This document shows positions 57,410 to 64,000 of a stretch of DNA of 64,000 nucleotides, in pieces; position 1 is the first letter of the stretch; the number at the start of each line of letters is the position of its first letter. The notes beneath the pieces are model-generated. The model saw nothing but the letters and a program-made list of their open reading frames with translations. It ran no database searches and was not told the DNA's origin. The translations under genes were made by a program, and so were the position numbers. Where the stretch lies: contig CAVOFQ010000002.1 in NCBI GenBank assembly GCA_963695025.1, positions 215,272 to 279,271 of the forward strand, read 5' to 3'. The stretch comes from an uncultured Actinomycetes bacterium. Lineage in GTDB: Bacteria; Actinomycetota; Thermoleophilia; Gaiellales; JAICJC01.

Positions 57410-58120
57410 TCATTCATACGTCACCGAGGTGAGAGTGAGGCCGTGGGGAGGGGCGGTGCGGCCCGCCTCGGAGCGGTGGGCGCCCTTGACCAGGCGCGCC
57501 AGGTGGGCGGGATCGGGCCGCTCCAGCATCGTCCCCACCAGCACCCGCACCATGTGGCGCAGCAGCGCGTCGGCGGTGATGTGGAACTCGAGCCGGTCGC
57601 CGTCGCGGCGCCACTCGGCGGCCAGCACCGTGCGGTCGAAGAACACGTGCTTGGTCTGGGTCGGCGTGAAGGCGCGAAAGTCGTGCCGGCCCACGATCGC
57701 GGCGGCGCACGCCTGCAGCGCCTCCTCGTCCAGCGGCCGGCGCCGGTGCCGGTGGAGCTCGTAGCGGGCCCGGAACGGGTCGGGCCGCTCGCCGGTGGCG
57801 ATGCGGTAGATGTAGCTGCGCGACCGGGCGTGGGCGCGGGCGTCGAAGTCGTCGGCGGCCGCCTCGCAGTCGAGCAGGGCGATGTCGGGCGGCAGGCGGC
57901 GGTTGACCGCCCGCACCGGGCGCAGCCGCGGCGCCCGCAGCGAGACCACGTTTCCGGTCGCGTGCACCCCCTTGTCGGTGCGCCCGGCCACCGTCAGCGT
58001 CTCGGCCGGCACGCTGAGCGCCTTCGCCAGGTCGAGGGCGACTGTGCGCAGGCCGGGCTGGACGGCCCAGCCGCGGAAGTCGGTGCCGTCGTAGGCGACG
58101 GTCAGCCGGTAGGTCGGCAC
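57410..58120 (-). CDS. truA: tRNA pseudouridine(38-40) synthase
   Basis: YRLTVAYDGTDFRGWAVQPG and AGRTDKGVHATGNV (catalytic Asp). Confidence 0.9.
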   Translation of the reverse strand: MPTYRLTVAYDGTDFRGWAVQPGLRTVALDLAKALSVPAETLTVAGRTDKGVHATGNVVSLRAPRLRPVRAVNRRLPPDIALLDCEAAADDFDARAHARSRSYIYRIATGERPDPFRARYELHRHRRRPLDEEALQACAAAIVGRHDFRAFTPTQTKHVFFDRTVLAAEWRRDGDRLEFHITADALLRHMVRVLVGTMLERPDPAHLARLVKGAHRSEAGRTAPPHGLTLTSVTYE

Positions 58121-58135
58121 CCCCGGCGGCTGGAA

Positions 58136-58513
58136 CTACCTGGCGGCAGGCTCGTGGTCGACGAGCTCGATATAGACCATGGGCGCGGCGTCGCCGAGCC
58201 GGGGGCCGATCTTGACGATGCGGGTGTAGCCGCCCGGCCGCTCGGTGAACCGCGGCCCCACCGTGTGGAACAGGTTGTGCACGACGTCCTTGCTGCGCAG
58301 GAACGCGACCGCCTGACGCTGCGCGGCCACGTTGCTCGGGTCGGGCCGCGCCAGCGTGATCAGCTTCTCGGCGATCGGCCGCAGCTCCTTGGCCTTCGCC
58401 TCGGTGGTGCGGATGCGCCCATGCTCGAAGAGCGCTCCACACATGTTCGAGTAGAGCGCCTTGCGATGGGACGAGTCACGCCCCAGCTTCCGTCCCTTGC
58501 GCCGATGCCTCAC
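58136..58513 (-). CDS. rplQ: 50S ribosomal protein L17
   Basis: [28 protein letters not shown]. Confidence 0.95.
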   Translation of the reverse strand: MRHRRKGRKLGRDSSHRKALYSNMCGALFEHGRIRTTEAKAKELRPIAEKLITLARPDPSNVAAQRQAVAFLRSKDVVHNLFHTVGPRFTERPGGYTRIVKIGPRLGDAAPMVYIELVDHEPAAR

Positions 58514-59457
58514 TCGGAGCCCTTCAGGTTGAGCCCGTGGGCAGCCAGCGTCTCCTTGACCTCTTCGATCGACTTCTTGCCGAAGTTCGGGATCGCCGCC
58601 AGCTCGGCCTCGCTCTTGCTGATCAGATCGCCGATCGTCTCGATGCCGACCCGCTTCAGGCAGTTGTACGAGCGGACGCCGAGCTCCAGCTCCTCGATGA
58701 GGATGTTCTCCATCCCGTGCGCGCTCGGCGCGGCGGCCTCGGGTGCTCCACCGTCGGGACGCAGCGCCAGATCGGCGGCATCGATGTCGGTGAAGATGCT
58801 CAGGTAGCGGATCAGGATCTCGGCCGCATCCTTGACGGCATCCTTCGGCGTCATCGAGCCGTTGGTGGTGACCTCGAGCTTGAGCTTGTCGAAGTCGGTG
58901 CGCTGGCCGACGCGGGCCGGGTCGACGTCGTAGGCGACTCGCCGCACGGGCGAGAAGATGGAGTCGACGGGGATGACGCCGATGGTCGTCTCGGGGCCCT
59001 TGTTGCCCTCGGCGGCGACGTAGCCGCGGCCGCGCGCAATCGTCAGGGTCATCTCGAACCGGGCCTTCTCGGACAGGTGGCAGATGACCAGGTCGGGGTT
59101 CAGGATCTCGAGGTCGGCGGGCGCCTCGATATCGGCGGCCGTGACCGTGCCGGCGCCGTCCTTCTGCACCTGCACCTCGACCTCGCCCGACTCGCCATGG
59201 AGACGGCAGATCAGGCTCTTCAGATTCAGGATGATGTCGGTCACATCCTCGCGGACGCCCGGCACCGACGTGAACTCGTGCGCCACGCCCTCGATCTTGA
59301 CCGACGTGACCGCCGCCCCTTCGAGGGACGACAGGAGCACACGCCGCAAGCTGTTACCGAACGTGTATCCGAAACCCCGGTCGAGCGGCTCGACAACGAA
59401 TGTGCCAAGCGTCTCGCCAATGTCCTCGGATGTGATCTTCGGGATGATCTCAAGCAA
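58510..59457 (-). CDS. rpoA: DNA-directed RNA polymerase subunit alpha
   Basis: [22 protein letters not shown].. plus the C-terminal domain [15 protein letters not shown] prefer the TTG at 59457 (purine-rich GGGAAGAGG upstream); the track start is 59487. Confidence 0.95.
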   Translation of the reverse strand: MLEIIPKITSEDIGETLGTFVVEPLDRGFGYTFGNSLRRVLLSSLEGAAVTSVKIEGVAHEFTSVPGVREDVTDIILNLKSLICRLHGESGEVEVQVQKDGAGTVTAADIEAPADLEILNPDLVICHLSEKARFEMTLTIARGRGYVAAEGNKGPETTIGVIPVDSIFSPVRRVAYDVDPARVGQRTDFDKLKLEVTTNGSMTPKDAVKDAAEILIRYLSIFTDIDAADLALRPDGGAPEAAAPSAHGMENILIEELELGVRSYNCLKRVGIETIGDLISKSEAELAAIPNFGKKSIEEVKETLAAHGLNLKGSE

Positions 59458-59511
59458 TTTCGTCTCGCCTCTTCCCAGATTCCTCAAGCGATGGGGACCG
59501 TCCCCATCTCG

Positions 59512-60132
59512 TTATTTCGAGTAGAACTCCACGATCAGCTGCTCCTGCACCGGCGTGTCGATGTCGACACGATCGGGGAGCCGCAGCACCGTCCCCGTCA
59601 GGTTGTCGTGGTCTGCCTGCAACCACGGTGAGACCGACGCGGTCAGATCGGTGGCATCGGTCACGACCGACTTGGCGGCCGAGCCTTCGCGCATCGAGAT
59701 GACGTCGCCGGCAGACACCTGGTAGGAGGGGATGTTGACCCGCCTGCCGTTGACCGTGAAGTGGTTGTGCCGCACCAGCTGGCGGCCCTGCGAGCGCGAT
59801 GCCGCAAACCCGAGCCGGTAGACGACGTTGTCCAGCCGCAGCTCCAGCATCCGCAGGAAGTTCTCGCCGGTGATTCCGCTGCGCCTGCTGGCCTTGGCGT
59901 AGTAGATCCGGAACTGCGACTCGAGCACGCCGTAGTAGCGGCGCATCTTCTGCTTCTCGCGCAGCTGCAGCAGGTACTCGGACTGCTTGATGCGGCCGCG
60001 GCCGTGCTCACCCGGCGGATACGCGCGGCGCTCGATGGCGCACTTCTCGGTCAGGCAGCGCTCGCCCTTCAGGAACAGCTTCATGTTCTCGCGGCGGCAC
60101 TGCTTGCACTTGGGTCCGAGCATCCGGGCCAT
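59512..60132 (-). CDS. rpsD: 30S ribosomal protein S4
   Basis: [35 protein letters not shown]. Confidence 0.95.
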   Translation of the reverse strand: MARMLGPKCKQCRRENMKLFLKGERCLTEKCAIERRAYPPGEHGRGRIKQSEYLLQLREKQKMRRYYGVLESQFRIYYAKASRRSGITGENFLRMLELRLDNVVYRLGFAASRSQGRQLVRHNHFTVNGRRVNIPSYQVSAGDVISMREGSAAKSVVTDATDLTASVSPWLQADHDNLTGTVLRLPDRVDIDTPVQEQLIVEFYSK

Positions 60133-60135
60133 GAC

Positions 60136-60543
60136 CTAGACCCTCCGCCGCTTGCGCGGCCGCACGCCGTTGTGAGCCTGTGGGCTCACGTCCTTGACTC
60201 CCAGGATCTCGAGCCCCGCCGCCTGCAGCGAGCGGATGGCGGTCTCGCGGCCGGAGCCCGGCCCCTTGACGAAGACCTCGACCTTCTGCAGGCCGTGCTC
60301 CATGCCCTCGCGCGCAGCCGCATCGGCGGTCACCTGGGCGGCGAACGGCGTCGACTTGCGCGACCCCTTGAACCCGACCGCGCCGGCGCTCTTCCACACG
60401 ATCACGCCGCCGTCCTTGTCGGTCAGCGCGACAAGGGTGTTGTTGAACGACGTCTTGATGTGCGCCTGGCCGATGGCGATGTTCTTGCGGGCCTTGCGGC
60501 GGACGCGGCCACGCGTTCCGCCTCTACGAGGTGCAGGAGGCAT
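60136..60543 (-). CDS. rpsK: 30S ribosomal protein S11
   Basis: [32 protein letters not shown]. Confidence 0.95.
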   Translation of the reverse strand: MPPAPRRGGTRGRVRRKARKNIAIGQAHIKTSFNNTLVALTDKDGGVIVWKSAGAVGFKGSRKSTPFAAQVTADAAAREGMEHGLQKVEVFVKGPGSGRETAIRSLQAAGLEILGVKDVSPQAHNGVRPRKRRRV

Positions 60544-60571
60544 TCAGTCCTTTCAGAGCGATCTCGATCGC

Positions 60572-60940
60572 TTACTTCTTGCGCTGCTTGCCGACGGTCT
60601 TCTTCGGGCCCTTGCGCGTACGGGCGTTGGTCTTCGTGCGCTGGCCGTTCACGGGCAGTCCGCGCCGGTGACGCAGGCCGCGGTAGCAGCCGATCTCCAT
60701 CAGGCGCTTGATGTTCTGCGACCGCTCGCGCCGCAGGTCGCCCTCGACCGTCAACGTGTCGATGTGCGTGCGCAGCCGGGTCACCTCTTCGTCGGTGAGG
60801 TCACGCACCTTGGTGTCCTGGTTGATCTTGAGCTCGGAGAGCACGGCCTTCGACGTGGACCGGCCGACGCCGAAGATGTAGGTGAGGCCGATCTCGACCC
60901 GCTTCTCGCGCGGAAGGTTGACGCCTGCGATGCGTGCCAT
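60572..60940 (-). CDS. rpsM: 30S ribosomal protein S13
   Basis: The internal ATG at 60940 gives [47 protein letters not shown]. Confidence 0.95.
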   Translation of the reverse strand: MARIAGVNLPREKRVEIGLTYIFGVGRSTSKAVLSELKINQDTKVRDLTDEEVTRLRTHIDTLTVEGDLRRERSQNIKRLMEIGCYRGLRHRRGLPVNGQRTKTNARTRKGPKKTVGKQRKK

Positions 60941-61053
60941 CAGCCCTGCCGCTGCTTGTGCCGGGGGTTGGTGCAGATCACGAGCACGTTGCCGTGGCGC
61001 CGGATCACACGGCACTTTTCGCACATCGGTCTGACGCTTGGGCGCACCTTCAA
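60940..61053 (-). CDS. rpmJ: 50S ribosomal protein L36
   Basis: Hand translation from TTG at 61053 gives (M)[41 protein letters not shown] lies 8 nt upstream. It is too short for the ORF track. Its TGA overlaps the rpsM ATG. Confidence 0.9.
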   Translation of the reverse strand: MKVRPSVRPMCEKCRVIRRHGNVLVICTNPRHKQRQG

Positions 61054-61072
61054 CGGAGTACCTCCACGGGGG

Positions 61073-61115
61073 CAAAACACGGCTCGGCAGGCAGCACAAA
61101 ACGCGCTGCCCGAGC
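61073..61115 (-). terminator. terminator/attenuator-like hairpin with U tract between map and rpmJ
   Basis: Minus-strand RNA: GCUCGGGCAGC-9 nt-GCUGCCUGCCGAGC, then CGUGUUUUG. It begins 15 nt after the map stop. Confidence 0.45.
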
Positions 61116-61129
61116 GGCGTAGAAATATA

Positions 61130-61903
61130 TCACTCCGCGGAGGGCTCCTGCCGCGGTCTTCGGCGCGTCAGCACCCGCGGGCCGTTGTCGGTGACGGCGA
61201 CGGTGTGCTCGCAGTGCGCCGCGAGGCTGCCGTCGCGGGTGTAGACGGCCCAGCCGTCGTCGCCGCTCTCGACGTCGTAGGAGCCGGCGGTGATCATCGG
61301 CTCGATCGCGAACACCATGCCCGGCGCCAGTCTGGGGCCACGGCCGGGCGGGCCGTAGTTGGGGATCTGCGGGTCCTCGTGCATGTTGCGGCCGACGCCG
61401 TGGCCGACGAGGCTGCGGACGACCCCGTAGCCGTGCGCCTCGACCGCCACCTGCACGGCATGCGATACGTCGCCGAGGCGGTTGCCCGACCGGCACTGGT
61501 CGATTGCGGCCTCGAGGCCCTCGTAACAGGCGTCGATCAGCCCCCGGGCCTGCTCGGACGGGCTGCCGATCGTGAACGTGATGGCCGAGTCGGCCACGTA
61601 CCCGTCCAGGGTCACGCCGACATCCACCGAGAGCAGGTCGCCCTCGACCAGCTCGTACGGGCCGGGGATGCCGTGCACCACCATCGCGTTCGGCGACGCG
61701 CAGATCGAGCCGGGGTAGCCGCGGTAGCCCTTGAACGTCGGACTGCCGCGGCGGGAGGTGATGAACCGCTCGGCCAGCCGGTCGAGCTCGGCGAGCGTGA
61801 CACCCGGCGTCGCGCTGGCCTCGACCAGGTCGAGCGTCTCGGCGACGACGCTCCCGGCGCGGGCCATCGTCTCGACCTCGGCATCGGTCTTGCGGACGAT
61901 CAC
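61130..61903 (-). CDS. map: type I methionyl aminopeptidase
   Basis: GTG at 61903 (GTGA overlap with the adk stop) gives [17 protein letters not shown]... Metal ligands appear in [20 protein letters not shown] and FAIEPM. Confidence 0.9.
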   Translation of the reverse strand: MIVRKTDAEVETMARAGSVVAETLDLVEASATPGVTLAELDRLAERFITSRRGSPTFKGYRGYPGSICASPNAMVVHGIPGPYELVEGDLLSVDVGVTLDGYVADSAITFTIGSPSEQARGLIDACYEGLEAAIDQCRSGNRLGDVSHAVQVAVEAHGYGVVRSLVGHGVGRNMHEDPQIPNYGPPGRGPRLAPGMVFAIEPMITAGSYDVESGDDGWAVYTRDGSLAAHCEHTVAVTDNGPRVLTRRRPRQEPSAE

Positions 61904-62568
61904 GACGGGCCCGCCAGGCTGTCGAGGAGGGCGTCGAGCGATGCCGACACCTGCTCCTGCGGCCGGGCCGCGTCGAGGTTGCTGACCAGTCCGCGGCCGC
62001 GGTAGTACTCGATCACCGGCGCCGCCGCCTCGACCCACTGCGTCTGGAACCGCGTGCGCACCACCTCGGGCCGGTCGTCGTCGCGCAGGTAGAGCTCCGA
62101 GCCGTCGATGTCGCACAGGCCCTCGACAGCGGGCGGATTGAACTCGAGGTGGTAGACGTGGTCGTTCGCCCGGCACATGCGCCGCCCGGAGAGGCGCCGG
62201 ACGACCGTGTCCTCGTCGATGTCGAACACGATCACGGCGGCGATGGCGCGGCGCAGGCCGGTGAGCATCTCGTCGAGCGCCGCGGCCTGCGCGTCGGTGC
62301 GCGGGAAGCCGTCGAGGATCACCCCGGCGGCGGTGTCGCCGGCGGCCAGGCGCTCGCGGAACATCGCGATGACGAGTTCGTCCGATACCAGGTCGCCGCG
62401 GGCCATGACGGCCTTGGCCTCGAGTCCGAGCGGCGTCCCGTCGCGAACAGCGGCCCGCAGCATGTCGCCGGTGGCGATGTGGGCCAGGCCACGGGCCCTG
62501 GTCACGCGCGCAGCCTGGGTGCCCTTACCGGCGCCCGGCGGGCCCATCAGGATCAGGTCGAGTGCCAT
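61900..62568 (-). CDS. adk: adenylate kinase
   Basis: LILMGPPGAGKGTQA, GFPRT, lid region RRMCRANDHVYH. Confidence 0.95.
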   Translation of the reverse strand: MALDLILMGPPGAGKGTQAARVTRARGLAHIATGDMLRAAVRDGTPLGLEAKAVMARGDLVSDELVIAMFRERLAAGDTAAGVILDGFPRTDAQAAALDEMLTGLRRAIAAVIVFDIDEDTVVRRLSGRRMCRANDHVYHLEFNPPAVEGLCDIDGSELYLRDDDRPEVVRTRFQTQWVEAAAPVIEYYRGRGLVSNLDAARPQEQVSASLDALLDSLAGPS

Positions 62569-62572
62569 CGGA

Positions 62573-63850
62573 CTACTTGAGGAAGCCCTTGTAGGCGCGC
62601 ATCGACAGCTGCGACTCGATCTGCCGCATCGTGTCGATGGCCACGCCCACGACGATCAGCACCGACGTGCCGCCGAGCGCACGGCCTGTCGCCTGGGAGA
62701 ACCCGCCGTACTTGATGAAGAGCGAGGGCAGGACGGCGACGGTCGCCAGGAACAGACCACCGGCGATCGTCAGCCGCACCAGCACGCGCTCGAGGTACTG
62801 CGCGGTCGGCCGGCCCGGACGCACGCCCGGCACGAAGCCGCCGTACTTCTTCAGGTTGTCGGCCTGCTCGATCGAGTTGAAGATCACGGCCACGTAGAAG
62901 AACGTGAACCCGAAGATCAGCGTCGCCTCGCCGATGAGGAACGGCCATCCGCCGGGTTGCAGGAGTCTGGCCATGTCATGGGCGATCGTCCACGGCACGA
63001 TCTGGCCGACGGTGGGCGGGAACGCCATGATCGCCGCGGCGAAGATGACCGGGATCACGCCCGCCATGTTCACCCGCAGCGGCAGGTAGGTCGAGCCGCC
63101 GCTGGTCATCCGCCGGCCGACCATGCGCTTGGCGTACTGGATCGGGATCTTGCGGATTCCCTCCTGCACGAACACGACGGCCACGATGACGCCGAAGACG
63201 ACGATCGGCAGGGACAGTTTCTCGAACGTCGAGCCGTTCCACCACGCCGAGATGCCCGCCGGGGCGGAGGTCAGAATCGACGCGAAGATCAGCAGTGACA
63301 TGCCGTTCCCGACGCCGCGCTGGGTGATCAGCTCGCCGATCCACATCAGGAGCGCGGCACCGGCGGTGAGGGTGATCACGATCAGGATCACGTTGCCGAG
63401 CGTGAAGTTGATCAGGCCGCCCGAGGTGGACACGCCGAGGGCGTTCTTGTGGAACGCGTAGGTGTAGCCGAGCGCCTGCAGAGCCGCGAGCGCGACCGTC
63501 AGGTAGCGCGTGTACTGGGTGATGCGCCGCTGCCCCAGCTCGCCCTCCTTCTGCAACGCCTGCAGGTTCGGGAAGACGGGCGTCATCACCTGCAGGATGA
63601 TCGAGGCGGTGATGTACGGCATGATCCCGAGCGCGAACACGCCCAGGCGCGACAGGCCGCCGCCCGAGAACACCGAGAGCAGGCCGAAGATTCCGCCCTG
63701 GTTCTGGAGCGCGTTCGCAAGCGCGGTGGAGTTGACGCCCGGCGCGGGCACGAACGAGCCCAGCCGGTAGAGCGCGAGCATCGCGGCCGTGAACAGCAGC
63801 TTGCGGCGCAGATCGGGCGACTTCCAGGCGTTGAGCAGGCTCTGAAGCAC
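62573..63850 (-). CDS. secY: preprotein translocase subunit SecY
   Basis: 425 aa, 10 TM, with GIMPYITASIILQ and WIGELITQRGVGNGMSLLIF. Confidence 0.95.
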   Translation of the reverse strand: MLQSLLNAWKSPDLRRKLLFTAAMLALYRLGSFVPAPGVNSTALANALQNQGGIFGLLSVFSGGGLSRLGVFALGIMPYITASIILQVMTPVFPNLQALQKEGELGQRRITQYTRYLTVALAALQALGYTYAFHKNALGVSTSGGLINFTLGNVILIVITLTAGAALLMWIGELITQRGVGNGMSLLIFASILTSAPAGISAWWNGSTFEKLSLPIVVFGVIVAVVFVQEGIRKIPIQYAKRMVGRRMTSGGSTYLPLRVNMAGVIPVIFAAAIMAFPPTVGQIVPWTIAHDMARLLQPGGWPFLIGEATLIFGFTFFYVAVIFNSIEQADNLKKYGGFVPGVRPGRPTAQYLERVLVRLTIAGGLFLATVAVLPSLFIKYGGFSQATGRALGGTSVLIVVGVAIDTMRQIESQLSMRAYKGFLK

Positions 63851-63860
63851 GGTTCTCTGG

Positions 63861-64000
63861 CTACTCCTCCGGCTCCGGCTCGGATTCCGCCGCCGGCTCC
63901 TCTGTGGGCTCCTCGGGCACGGGCTCCGCGGGGGCCTCGCCGGCCGCAGCGGCGGCGGCCGACTTGCGGTTCGCGGCCCGGGTCTTGCTCGACGGCGAGT
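63861..64000 (-). CDS. rplO: 50S ribosomal protein L15, C-terminal end (5' part outside the window)
   Basis: Hand translation ends ..SKTRAANRKSAAAAAAGEAPAEPVPEEPTEEPAAESEPEPEE, with TAG at 63861. The call rests on its position directly upstream of secY; the tail is an acidic/Pro-rich extension. Confidence 0.6.
   Translation of the reverse strand, partial: SPSSKTRAANRKSAAAAAAGEAPAEPVPEEPTEEPAAESEPEPEE

Overview
This is a 64-kb chromosomal segment from a very high-GC bacterium; hand-counted 60-nt lines are mostly 72-80% G+C. The gene content looks Actinomycetota-like: Holin-X/DUF3618, DUF4232, an RskA-type anti-sigma factor, a monothiol Grx-BolA pair and phosphoketolase. I call about 66 protein-coding genes, six of them interrupted by single-base frame disruptions. 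I also call one tRNA-Pro(CGG), one TPP riboswitch, several hairpin terminators and two families of short palindromic intergenic repeats. I found no rRNA, CRISPR array, transposase, integrase or recognisable defence or toxin system. Layout: the left third holds housekeeping genes plus a hydantoinase A/B - amidase - sarcosine-oxidase-like cluster. The middle holds a homocysteine methyltransferase/MTHFR fusion, a TPP-riboswitch-controlled thiZ-thiX-thiY-type importer, xfp-ackA, zwf and two tandem CocE/NonD hydrolases. The block from 39.9 to 48.5 kb has visibly lower GC (Pot-type ABC importer, ECF sigma/anti-sigma, lipoproteins, a decayed SDR gene) and ends at the tRNA. The right end holds ligA, surE, truA and the conserved rplO-secY-adk-map-rpmJ-rpsM-rpsK-rpsD-rpoA-rplQ block on the minus strand, with infA absent. 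The most interesting unexplained signals are: (i) a promoter / ~100-nt RNA / terminator module at 49.7 kb; (ii) a 221-nt multi-hairpin element at 55.7 kb; (iii) REP/MITE-like palindromes (CCGGGGACWGTCCCCGG and a 31-bp TGAATAAT..ATTATTCA element) that abut or supply stop codons; (iv) nine +1 frame disruptions, which may be assembly errors. All functional calls come from my own reading of the translations and motifs. No database search or folding program was run.
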